DNA of 63,581 nt, counting the filler, from Guillardia theta CCMP2712 (lineage: Eukaryota; Protista; Cryptophyta): the NCBI RefSeq assembly GCF_000315625.1. It is 8 parts of 8 records of this genome, joined end to end, with 100 filler letters (N's around TTAATTAATTAA, not from the genome) between each part and the next. Parts side by side here need not be neighbours in the genome. Positions count along the whole stretch, not along the records: positions 1 to 19,267 come from NW_005434343.1; positions 19,368 to 28,300 come from NW_005434632.1; 6 more parts are not named here. One strand, 5' to 3'. Under the pieces are notes generated by a model. The model was not told the DNA's origin, did no database searches, and saw nothing but the letters and a program-made list of their open reading frames with translations. This document shows, piece after piece, positions 12,901 through 23,700 of the stretch; position 1 is the stretch's first letter, and each line of letters opens with the position of its first letter. The position numbers were made by a program, and so were the translations under genes.

Positions 12901-13893
12901 ACTCGCCGGTGTAGCACCCAAGCTCCGCTTGCGTCTCCGAACCCTTGCCTGCTCTGAAACCGTTCATGAAGCTTCCCGTGTATCGACCTGCCCTCCGCCA
13001 CCCCGGCATGTTCTCGTTCAAGCTCCAGGACATATAACCCTGTCCATCATGCCTGCCGTTCTTCCAGTACCCCGAATACTTCTGCCCATTCCTCCACTGA
13101 TAGATCCCCCATCCATGAAACATGTCACCAGCCCAGTCTCCGTTGAACAGCTCCCCGTCTTCCCACTTGAACGTGCCTGTGCCCTCCCGCTCACCGTTCT
13201 TCATGCCCCCCTGATAGCTCCCGGCATGCTCAAACTTCACGCTCACCTGTGAGGTACTGCTGCTGGCAGATGCTTGCGAGGAAGGAGGAGAGCGAGGAAG
13301 CATCCGCTCGTGGCTGCTCCCCGAGCCATAGAACACATGCTGTCCCTACAACACCAGCAAAGTTAGATCAAGCGCTGCGCATGCTTGTAGCGCACCAGGT
13401 CGTTGCGAGGGGAGGCAACAGCAGAGGTGAAGTAGCTGACAGCTCCGTTGGTCTCCGTGCTGAAAGACCGAGGGGTTGTCGGTGAGACGGTGACGCTGAA
13501 GGCAGGGCGAGGATTGGAGCTCAAGTTGCGACTGTCGTGAGCAGCCTGTGATGGTGACTTCTGTTGCTGCTGCCTCCCGTTGTCCAGTTGCGACTTCACA
13601 GTCGCATGCGCATTCCCCTTGGTGCTCAGGTGCTCTGCTTCTCCTGGTGACCTATTCGTGTCATTGTTTCTGCTCTCCGCGTTCCCTCCTTTGCGCAAGG
13701 CGTCTACGTTGTTGGTATCGGCAGGAGAACTCGCCGCCTGCGGAGGGTCGGTGAGGGGAGGAGACCTTTCCTTCTTGGTGGGGAGGTCGCGGGTTTCTTC
13801 CTCTCTCGCGTCCTTGTCTCGCTCGTTGAGCTTCTTCGCCAGCTCCATTACCCGCACTCCTACCATCCGCGCCTCCTCCGATATCGCCACCAC
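9948..13893 (-). CDS. MORN-repeat + three-PDZ scaffold protein (four ORFs joined by short introns)
   Basis: MORN repeats (YQGGMKNGEREGTGTFKW, YSGYWKNGRHDGQG); PDZ domains (GTVGLKL..GSSADRS..DELLAVDG; GLGII..GGPAAKCG..GDSILAVD; VGMLL..GGLAD..GSQILSV); in-frame GT..CTRAC..YAG introns at ~13395-13346, ~12593-12540, ~10361-10284. Confidence 0.85.
11805..12275 (-). repeat. Coding tandem repeat, 24/21-bp units encoding KDPSSSL(F/Y)/TPGSLY
   Basis: Repeated gagggagctagacgggtccttg units; about 20 peptide repeats in the ORF. Confidence 0.9.
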
Positions 13894-14399
13894 CCCACCC
13901 TCCCTTCGTCTCGGAGCAATTACTGTGAGAACAACCTACCCCCTATGCTGAACGGACAATGAGTGGAGCCTATGGCCCTAGGACTCGTAGGTAGGGTCAT
14001 ACCCCACCCTACCCCAGGCTCACTTCCGGAAACTCTTGGGTCACCTACCCTACCTACGCCTCCGAGGCTCGTTGGTAGGGCCGAGCCCCTGGAACTTCCG
14101 ATGAGAGCCTACTACCCCCTACCCTACCCCTAGCCCCTCAGTACCCCCTACCCTACCCCCACAATGATCATGTCGGACGGTCACTACCCCCGGGACACCA
14201 TGTGGCTGCGCCGACTCGCAGTGAATCGCCGCCCGGGGGCCGGGCCACGCCGTCCGGGGCCAGCCGGGCCCGCGGTACGCACCGTGGCACGCGTGGTACT
14301 CCCCGGCTCAAACACCGCTGCCAGGGACATGTTGATCCTCGGTCTCGACGGCACAGCGGCAGGTACCCTCCAATCCTTGCATTACTGAAAGTTGGAGCG

Positions 14400-17300
14400 T
14401 CAGCAGCTGTCCCAGGCGGACTCCTCGGCGGCTGCCCTTTCTCCGTCCGCGGCCTCTGCGGCGGCAGACGCGTCGACTGACAGCGGTCAGTCGGCTGCCT
14501 CCGGGTATCGTGTATGAGGGCGTTTACGTCCCCTTCTGTGCCCGGTATCACGGTGCTCGTCGCTTGCCCCACTCTGCCTTCCCGCGTGGGCTCAGGCTGG
14601 CAGCAGTGGTGGTTACTTTCGGTCTTATGTTTCGTTTGTTTGAGCCGCGTCCGTACCGTAGTACAACGCTTTTGACGTCTCGACTGACAGTGGTCAGTCT
14701 CCGTCCCTCACTGTGACGTGGGGTGCCTCCGCCTGCTTCCTCCCCGGCATCGGTCGGGTCACGCCGGTCCTTGGGCATTGCCGCGGCGTCGCCGCCGTCA
14801 CGGGCGGCTACCGCTGACTCGGCTACCGTGCGCTGACTCGGAGGCTAGCGAGCGGTACCGTGCTCCAGTGTCCAGCCTCCCTCCGTCCGCTGCCCCAGGC
14901 GGACCCCCGGGCAACGCCGGCTCCTTGTCGGCTTGTCATAGGATTGACGTCGGCGGCTGCCCTTTCTCCGTCCGCGGCCGCCCGCTTTGTGGCGGCAGCG
15001 GACGTCTCGACTGACAGTGGTCAGTCGGCTGCCTCCGGGTATCGCGTCTAAGGGATTTTCTTCCTCCTGCATGCTCCTGCTGCTTGTTGCTTGATTGCTT
15101 GACCCTTAGGCTGCTTGTCTGCGCGGCTTCGCGCTTGGGCTGGCGCTGCCGCGTCTGGGTGCCAGCAGTGCTGGTTCTTTTTGGGCTTGTGTGTGGTGTG
15201 TGATTNNNNNNNNNNNNNNNNNNNNNNNNNNNNNNNNNNNNNNNNNNNNNNNNNNNNNNNNNNNNNNNNNNNNNNNNNNNNNNNNNNNNNNNNNNNNNNN
15301 NNNNNGAAGGTCCACTATCTTGCACACAGTTCACAGCGAGAAGCTGCACAAACACACACAAATCACAAGCCCCAAAAGAACCAGCACAACCAGACGCGGC
15401 ATCGCCAGCCCACGCGGCAAGCCACGTAGACAGGATTCCAACGGTGGAAGCATCAAGAGTGTCGCTGGAGAAGCCTTTCCGTCCATCACTGTGACGTCTG
15501 ATTCCTCCGGAGAGCTCGACGCCACTGGAGCAGGTAATGGATTTACTGGCAGAAGGTAAAAAGTGCCTCAAGCAAAACAAAGCAGGATCAAGCTGAACCG
15601 GCAGGCACACAGTCCACAGCGAGAAGCTGCACAATCACACACAAAACACAAGCCCGAAAAGAACCAGCACTGCTGGCACCCAGACGCGGCAGCGCCAGCC
15701 CAAGCGCGAAGCCGCGCAGACAAGCAGCCTAAGGGTCAAGCAATCAAGCAACAAGCAGCAGGAGCATGCAGGAGGAATAAAATCCCTTAGACGCGATACC
15801 CGGAGGCAGCCGACTGACCACTGTCAGTCGAGACGTCCGCTGCCGCCACAAAGCGGGCGGCCGCGGACGGAGAAAGGGCAGCCGCCGACAAGGAGCCGGC
15901 GTTGCCCGGGGGTCCGCCTGGGGCAGCGGACGGAGGGAGGCTGGACACAGGAACACGGTACCGCTCGAGGTAGTCCTCCTCGCCGCGTAGTAGCCATAGG
16001 ATTTACTGTCGCTAGCCTCCGAGTCAGCGGTAGCCGAGTCAGTGGTAGCCGCCCGTGACGGCGGCGACGCCGCAGCAATGCCCAAGGACCGGCGTGACCC
16101 GACCGATGCCGGGGAGGAAGCAGGCGAGCTCGGACCAGCAGCAAGCACCCCAGTGGTGTCGAGCTCTCCGGAGGCACCCGACGTCACAGTGAGGGACGGA
16201 GACGCCTCGCCAGCTCCGCGCCGATCGTCGGGGCCACTCGAAGGGTGTCCCCCATCGGAGTCGGAGACCTCCGGCGAAGACTCCTCGGGCGACTCGACAA
16301 AGTCCGAGGAGGAGCTGTCCTCTGGCTCGAGAAGTGCTTGCGCCCGCAAGGGCGTCATGCGCCTCGCACCAGACAAGAGCGCTTCCAGCGTCAGCTGCAT
16401 GGTGAGGCGCTGATAGGTGGCGGCGCGTTTGCGAGCCAAGACCTCAGCAGCAGGTCCGTCATCAGGCACGAAGTGCCGACCAAACGCCGCATCCTCAAGA
16501 GGCATTGAGCGCTGAGCAATGATGTCCGCGAGATACCAGATGAAGCGGAGGGTGTCAGGATGCAGGGTACCGTCCGTCGAGATGGCAAGAGGGATGAACG
16601 CTCGAGGAGGAGTAGTCATGGCATATGCAGCGCGATGTTTGCGAATCTTCTCAGACGCTGCAACATGGAGGGCGTCGAGGTTGACCTCCCCCCACTTGGT
16701 CAGGTCGGCAGAGCTACCAATGTAAGGGTGGACCAACGTCACGTCCGCCATCAAGCCCTCGTACTGCTCGGACCCTCGATCGCGGATTCCAGGGATGTGG
16801 ATATCGCCCTTCATCTTGCGGCCATGAGGATGGGAGGGTACCTGCCGTCGAGAACGAGGATCCCCCACTGTATCGATGACGCTCTGAAGACCAGCTTCGT
16901 TCAGCATCGACCGAATCGTACGAGTAAGGTTGTCATGCGCCGTGGGAAGCTTGGAGGATCGGCGTTTGCAGGTCTGGAGATGATGTGCAGCAACGGAGGG
17001 GTCGAGCTCGCGCTGACATCCATCACATTCCGTCGGACACTGGCAGATCGGCATGCCATGGAGATAGCAGTCGAGCATCTGAGCATAGCGGTGCGGGAAG
17101 GCCTTGAGGGGGTAGTAGCTCGAGACTCGCATCGGAGAGTGGCTCAGGTCTGTTTGCATTTCTTGGATCGGTACCGTCAGCGTGCGCCCAGCCTCCAAGT
17201 GTCCGCTGACGGTCCCAGGCGGACCCTCAGGCAGCGCCGGCTCCTTGTCGGCGGCTGCCCTTTCTCCGTCCGCGGCCTCGCGCCGGCGCCGGACGCGTCG

Positions 17301-17770
17301 ACTGACAGCGGTCAGTCGGCTGCCTCCGGGTATTCGACGGCGTCAGTATGAGGGTGTTCACGTCCCCTGCTGTACGCCGAGGGATGAGGATGTTTACTCG
17401 CAGAAGGTAAAAGTGCCTCAAGCAGGATGAAAGCAGGAACAAGCTAAACCTGCATGCACAAAGCGCCACAGCGAGAAGCTGCACAAACAACACACAACAA
17501 AACAAGACCAAAACGGTGCTCGTTGCTTGCCCCTCTCTGCTGTCTACGTTGCTTCCCGCGTGGGCTGGCAGTGCTAGTAGGGTCTGGTTGCCAGCAGTGC
17601 AGTGCAGCTGGTTACTTTCGGTCTTATGTTTCGTGTGTTTGAGCCGCGTTTGTTGCTGTGTTCCGTACACTGCTTTTGTTGCTGTGTGCTCCAAATAGTA
17701 TGCCTGACGGTTTTGCTTGTTGCTGCTGTCTTCTGCTTGAGGCACTTTTTACCTTATGCGAGTAAAACTC
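14400..17770. mobile_element. Repeat mosaic (direct and inverted modules) around an RLE endonuclease ORF lacking reverse transcriptase; non-LTR (CRE/NeSL-like) derivative
   Basis: 14410-14650 repeats directly at 17210-17650; ~14710-15205 is inverted at ~15630-16200; 17393-17450 is inverted at 17700-17765. Confidence 0.65.
15744..17159 (-). CDS. CCHC zinc knuckle + restriction-like (PD-D/ExK) endonuclease of non-LTR retrotransposon type, no reverse transcriptase
   Basis: CDGC..HHLQTC..AHDNL (RHD-like), KGDI..DVTLVHP..AASEKIRKH, FIPLAISTDG, the motif order of CRE/R2-group C-termini. Confidence 0.75.
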   Translation of the reverse strand: MQTDLSHSPMRVSSYYPLKAFPHRYAQMLDCYLHGMPICQCPTECDGCQRELDPSVAAHHLQTCKRRSSKLPTAHDNLTRTIRSMLNEAGLQSVIDTVGDPRSRRQVPSHPHGRKMKGDIHIPGIRDRGSEQYEGLMADVTLVHPYIGSSADLTKWGEVNLDALHVAASEKIRKHRAAYAMTTPPRAFIPLAISTDGTLHPDTLRFIWYLADIIAQRSMPLEDAAFGRHFVPDDGPAAEVLARKRAATYQRLTMQLTLEALLSGARRMTPLRAQALLEPEDSSSSDFVESPEESSPEVSDSDGGHPSSGPDDRRGAGEASPSLTVTSGASGELDTTGVLAAGPSSPASSPASVGSRRSLGIAAASPPSRAATTDSATADSEASDSKSYGYYAARRTTSSGTVFLCPASLRPLPQADPRATPAPCRRLPFLRPRPPALWRQRTSRLTVVSRLPPGIASKGFYSSCMLLLLVA

Positions 17771-19267
17771 AGTGCCAGAAAGGTCGGGGTGCGCGGCGAG
17801 GTACTGTGAGTTTAGCCAGCGGTGGTGCAGTTCTCGAGGCGGCCAGGTGGACAGACAGGCTCTCGGAGATCACCGGGTCAAAGCGACGAATGATCTGTGA
17901 CTGGCCCGTGGACTCGCGAGAGAAACGGAGATGACCCCTGGAAGAAGCGAAGCTTCGCCGGCGGGCTGGAGATGGCTTGCCCTCACCAGCGTCCTCGTTG
18001 AGGGTATTGAAGACCTTTACTCTGATCGGACGGAGTTGACTGGCACTGCATGAAAACCACCGGTTGCCACGGTGCCCATCAGGAGCCTCGGGACCGAGGA
18101 TCCCCGACTATATCGCCGCTCAGCTACCGTACTGTCCGAGTAAGGTTCAACGGTTCAACGGTTCAACGGTTCAACGACGGTTGCCCGGGACTCATCACTG
18201 AGTCATGGCATGCGGCTGAGTGCGCCGGCGCAGCCTATCCCGGAGGACTGTGACGAACTTAGAAAGTGCCGCCTGACAGTGTGTGTTTGCGCGGCACACT
18301 GCCGCTGAGCTTTTATCGGGACGGTCCCCGGGGCCCCGGATCACATGATCGGATCGCGTGGCTGCAGTGGCGGCCCGGCAGTGCCCGGCAGCGCCGGGCG
18401 CGGCCCGGGCCGGGCCTCGCCGTCGTGCCCGGCCGCATGAGGGGATGAGGGGAGGGTAGCAAGCAGGCCATGCAGGGAGGGCGGGGCGCAGCGAGTGGAG
18501 TGTTGATGGTGGCAGCGTCATGCCTCATCAGTCAGAGAGATCCTCCTCCTCTCCTGCCCTTCCTTGCCTCTCGCCGTCTCTCCCCGCTTCCTCTTCTCTT
18601 CTTCCCCTCCCCTCCACATCTTCCTTGCCATAATCCGCGCTTCACCTTGCGGGGGGGCGACTCAGTGAGGCTTGAGCGGTGGTCTCATGCGATCTAAGGA
18701 GTCATGCAGGAGGAAAATGGATGGGAAGAAGTTAGCGAGGAGCAAGCGAATGAATTCTTAGTCGACGAAGACAACGAAGGGTGAACCCTCTTCGTCCCCA
18801 TCCCTCCCCTCGTCGCTCCTTACCAACGCTCTCTTCTCCTCCCGGAAGCTGATGTCGTTCTCGCCAGCTGGGCAGGAAGGTCGTTTGAGGGCAACATCCG
18901 ATACAAGGTGCTGGAGGACGTGAACGCGTCTCAGCCGGGTGGAGCAGGAAGGTGAAAGGTTGAGAGGAGAGGAGCAGCGATAATGCCGAGAGCGAAGGGG
19001 ATGGAAGAAGCCCAAGATGGGGGACCTGGTCGTCGTCACATGCAGGCGGCTTGATGAGGTAGAAGAAAGAGCGAAGAAGAACGGAGAGCTCTAGAGCTAT
19101 ACATCTTATAGCTCCAGAGCTGTGTAAGACAAGCGCCTGACGCTGGTCGCAGAAGTGCAAGGGAGAACATGAGGGACCTCGGGTGGTCCAGCTTGGCGCG
19201 GGAGTCTTGCACGAGTCGATTGAGAAGGAAGGAAGGAGGAAGGAGGAAGGGAGGGGAGGGAGGGAGG

Positions 19268-19367
19268 NNNNNNNNNNNNNNNNNNNNNNNNNNNNNNNNN
19301 NNNNNNNNNNNTTAATTAATTAANNNNNNNNNNNNNNNNNNNNNNNNNNNNNNNNNNNNNNNNNNNN
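19268..19367. other. Artificial contig linker N..TTAATTAATTAA..N (also at ~28301-28400, 45570-45669, 50038-50137, 59502-59601, 60633-60732, 62195-62294)
   Basis: Identical 12-mer with stops in all six frames, centred in 100-nt N blocks. Confidence 0.95.
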
Positions 19368-20125
19368 TATATATCTACATCTTCATATATCTATATATAC
19401 AAATTATAAAAATATATATAATTTTATTTTATATATATTTTTATATTTTTTTTTTTTTTTTTTTTTTTTTCCCCCCATCTCTCTATATCCTTCTACATTT
19501 ATTATGTGACAGGAGGAGAGGGAAGAGGATCAAAGAGGAGGGGAGGGGAGGAGAGGGAAGAGGAGAGGAGAAGAGAGAAGAGAAAACGAGGGTAGGGGAG
19601 GGAAGAGGAGAGAAGAGGAGAGGAGAGAAGACGAGGGTAGGGGAGGGAAGAGGAGAGAAGCGAAGAGAAGAGAAAACGAGGGTAGGGGAGGGAAGAGGAG
19701 GAGAGGGGTTTGGAGAGGGGAATTGAGAGGGGAATGGAAGCAATCTAGTTGGAGTTCAAATGACATGCAAGATAAAAGGCATGGATGAGAATCGATTCTG
19801 AATTATGAGAGAGAAGAATATGCAAGTCTACATTCCTTAGAATTCTAAGCTGCGTATTCCAAGAAATGTCGACAAAAAAACAAGGACTTACAAACACGAA
19901 GGCATACAAGTATCACAGCACATCAATATAGAGACTGAGGAATACATCGCCATACAAGTATGCAGACATACAGCTTCAAAATCCTCTAAAGATGCGTGCG
20001 GGCACACAGCTCACGGTAGAACATGCAAAAGGCAAAACCATCCTAGTCAGACAGTGCAGGACTCATATCTTGTTCAGAAGGTTCTCTTGTCCATTCTCCT
20101 AACCCTGTCATTTGTGTGTTTGCAG

Positions 20126-20526
20126 GAGGTCAATTCAATCAACATTCACATTAGGATGCCAGATGGTTCAGAGCAAACATTGCAGGTGTGCTCAGTCTGC
20201 ATGTGCTCTAGCGCGTCTTGAGCGTGTTAATGGTGTAGGTCGATCAGGGACAGACAGTCGAGTACGTGCGCGCGTATTTGCATGAGAATTGTGGGCTTCC
20301 TTTCTCCTCGTCGGTAAGAGGTCTTGTGCTCTTGGAGTAGCTTGACGAACTTCAGACGCTCTCGTTCCAAGCCCGAAAGCTCCTTGATCCTATGTCGCTC
20401 GTCGACTGCGGGGTGAGAATTTGCTTGCTCCCTGCTTCCTGTGAGTCCTTTTACATCGCACAGGTGTCAGACAACTCCAACTTGACTTGCACAGTGCAAT
20501 CAGCCGCAGATGGCGGAGATATGTGA
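20126..20526 (+). CDS. Small ubiquitin-like domain protein (at least 4 exons; 5' exons unresolved; missed by the ORF track)
   Basis: Exons 20126-20185, 20239-20313, 20356-20412, 20464-20526, all phase-0 GT-AG, give EVNSINIHIRMPDGSEQTLQVDQGQTVEYVRAYLHENCGLPFSSSTLSFQARKLLDPMSLVDCGVSDNSNLTCTVQSAADGGDM*. Confidence 0.75.
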
Positions 20527-20749
20527 GCGAGCAGACAAGTAGAGGCCATGGCTGTGGTCAGGAGCTAAGCAGGCAACGAGAGAATTGCAAGGAAGCGAGA
20601 GAAATGTGAATTCATCGCAAGGAAGGGAAAAGGGAGGCAAAGGCGGTGTGCCAGAAAACATCTAGGCAAAGTCGTTGTGCTAGAAATTATCTATAAACTA
20701 CACTATGAACAGTGATTCGAGTACTACACTAAAGCATAAATCCTTAACT

Positions 20750-23700
20750 TCACGAGGGTTGGAGCGTCATCGCATTTGAAACAAGTTTCTGTATACACGA
20801 GTTCTGCAAGTCACAAGTGTCAATCAGAAGCATTTGGAAACAATTGAATTATGCTGACCAATGCTGCTTCCGCATGCTCCCGTGTCCCTTCAAAGTTTTC
20901 ACGATAAGAATCTGTAGCAGCAGGACTGAACGTCCTGGATTGCCGATCATATTTGCTTCTGTCATCACCAATGAGTCATAACGTAGAAACAGACAAGGTT
21001 AGCACCTGTAGAAGAAATGATCGCCAATCTTCAGTGAGTCCAAGTTGAAGTCCTGAGGTAGACTGTCTCTATGCACGATCTATGACACTCATTATGTCAG
21101 ACATTCCTTAGTCGTTGACCGGAACTGAAACTCAAGACATCAAGGAAAAAAGTTTCTTACGACTGTCTTGTCAATTATCGTCGTTACATAGTTTTCATCG
21201 TATTCATCCGACAAGAAAACCTTAACAAATAAATCATTTTTTGTGCACGTGTTGCCTGCCCTCCTACCTCTCGAGGATGCTGGGAATCTGGTTTTTGCAG
21301 AGCACTTGCTTGAAGAGCCTGCGACAGTCAGTAAGAAGCGAACCCGCAAGCTATCAGCTACTTGGTATGGCCTGAAAAACCATCTGCAGCGCATCAACTT
21401 GAACCCACTTGACACTTCCAGCCAGAATGCGACGATCTGATTCACCATGAGCAAGCAATTTCAGCTACGATACACTTGCCTGCGCTAGGAATGGAGGTTG
21501 TTCTTTGGGTGCGGACACCTTGACATACTCGCCAATACATATCGACGAGCCGTCTGGTAATCTGCAACTGGATGATGAGCCCGTACTGAAGATCGCCCGG
21601 CCGAGTGAAATTACCTAAGGCTCGAATAGTACTTTCTTCCGTTGACCTCCTCTAGGGGCTTTCCAATCCACATGTAGGCACCATGACTGGAGGCGTCAGC
21701 AGTAGAATGCTTCCTGCTGTTGAAGAGCTCTGATTCACAATTCTTTCTTTTCGCCGACTCTTGGCTGGTGAAATCAAATCAGATGGGAGGAGCAACAGGC
21801 CAAACAAGAGAAGTATACAAAGAATCTTGCGATCGTTTGACGCGAGGGATTGGGACATCAAGAACTGCGCTAGTGCTTGTTTTTTTCCTCTTTGAATCCT
21901 TTTGACTACGAGCGCTACCGTCATAGTCATCGTTGGATTTGACAGGCGTACTGTCAGCCCTGCAAGACAGGAGTTATAGCCTTTGAACTGACAGAAATTC
22001 TCACCTGTCCGCCAATTCTGTGATGTCAGTGCCTTTGATCATCTCTTTGGTATCTCTTGATTTCCCTGTTCTTCCGGTTTTTGGACTGTCTTTCACATCC
22101 TAAGGTGATGAATCAGACATATTAAGCGTGTGATGAGGAAAATGACCTTGGCTTCACCATTGTCGCTAGTAGCATCAAAGGTCCTACAGCGACTCTTGTC
22201 TTTGCTTTGCTCCTGTACGACTTTGGCCTTCTTCTTGGGTCGTGAATCAGTATCTACACTCGACGAATCGTCCTGCTCCTTTGTATCCGCAGCTTCTCGC
22301 TTGTTGTTCTTCGTCTGCATAGTTGAGGTTGATCGTCGACTTTCCTTCAAGCCCTTGACCACTATTCGATCGTAAACGCTTCCTTCAAGGATCGAGCGCC
22401 AGTGCTTGTTCAGGAGCGCATGGCCTTGTATGGACTCAGTGCTCTTTCCATCCTTGACGCCAATCTTGAAAGTGATCTTGACCTTGACGTCATTTTGTAT
22501 GGCATCATCGTTCTCTTCATCCGATCCACTTGTGGTGAGAGTCGGAAGGAACGATACACGTTGCCAATAACCCAACTTGGAATATGCTTTTGTAAACGAG
22601 TGAGAACGTGACGAAGCAACAGCAGCTCTCTTTGCATGGCGCAAATCTCTGTCTGTTAAAGGATTCAACAAACTTGCTTGGGGATCATAACGCTTACAAC
22701 ACGTATAAACAACCTCATCATCATCATCCTGCATGAAACTTTTGGATTCATCCGTTTCTGAATAGATGAGGATCTCGCAAAGCCCTTGAACAGACGCAAT
22801 TGGATTTTCATCAATAGTATTCGAAATGAATACTTCAGGAAAGGACTTCTGCTTCTTATTGGCACCTTTGTTCAATCCCATTGCCCACTTTTCTCGCAAT
22901 GAAGCAGGCAAGTCTGATGGTCGGTAGAACCATCGACATGTCACCATCGGCATTTTGTCATCATTTCTCTCCCAAAGCTTTTCTGCTCTTGCAATATAAG
23001 ATTCACCACCACCTGCATATAAATGGACGTAGCATCCTTCCTCGAAATACGTATCATCCCATATTATTCCTCGGTAGCATTTTCCTTTTTTGAATTCAGC
23101 AATGGGTCGACCAACCCACCTGAATTCCTCATCATCATTCAGCATAGCCCTTTTCAAAGGCAAAGAATCGTAAAGATGTAAAGAACTCGAGTCCTTGAGG
23201 CGCACAAAATCAACATTCATACTGCGAGTTGGAGGCTTGACCGAAATTTTGGCTGTCTTCAAATCAGGGGAGTTGACATTTGTAGCTTCAGAATTTGGTT
23301 TTCTTCTAACTGCGATAGCTGGAGAAAGGGTAAGTCGATCTCTGATTCGTAGAGAAGGTTTACCTCGCTTGTCTTGAGCTTCCTCAAAGCTTAGGCGTTG
23401 AGGCGGATTTCTACTACGTGGCTCGATAACCTCTTGGAAATTTGAGTGAACTGACTCTCGTCTCGTAGCGCTCATATTCCTGTCCTTGTCAGCTCCGAAC
23501 TCTTCGGGTTTGCTTTGTGCTTCTTTTGAAATTTTCACAGATTCTTGAATACGAGCATTTGAGCCCCAGTCTGATTTCTGCGTCAAAACATCCTTGGGTT
23601 TTCCGGCTTCTCCTTGTCTATCAGTCTCTTGGTTTGGATTCTTGGTTTTGTTATTCAACTTACTGCTTTTAGAAGCCAAGGGTCCATCCATGACTTTACT

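Noticed and set aside
18700-19220. Possible 3' exons of a minus-strand gene (also 45800-46680 and 100-520)
   Set aside because: Could not build a consistent reading frame or recognise a domain.
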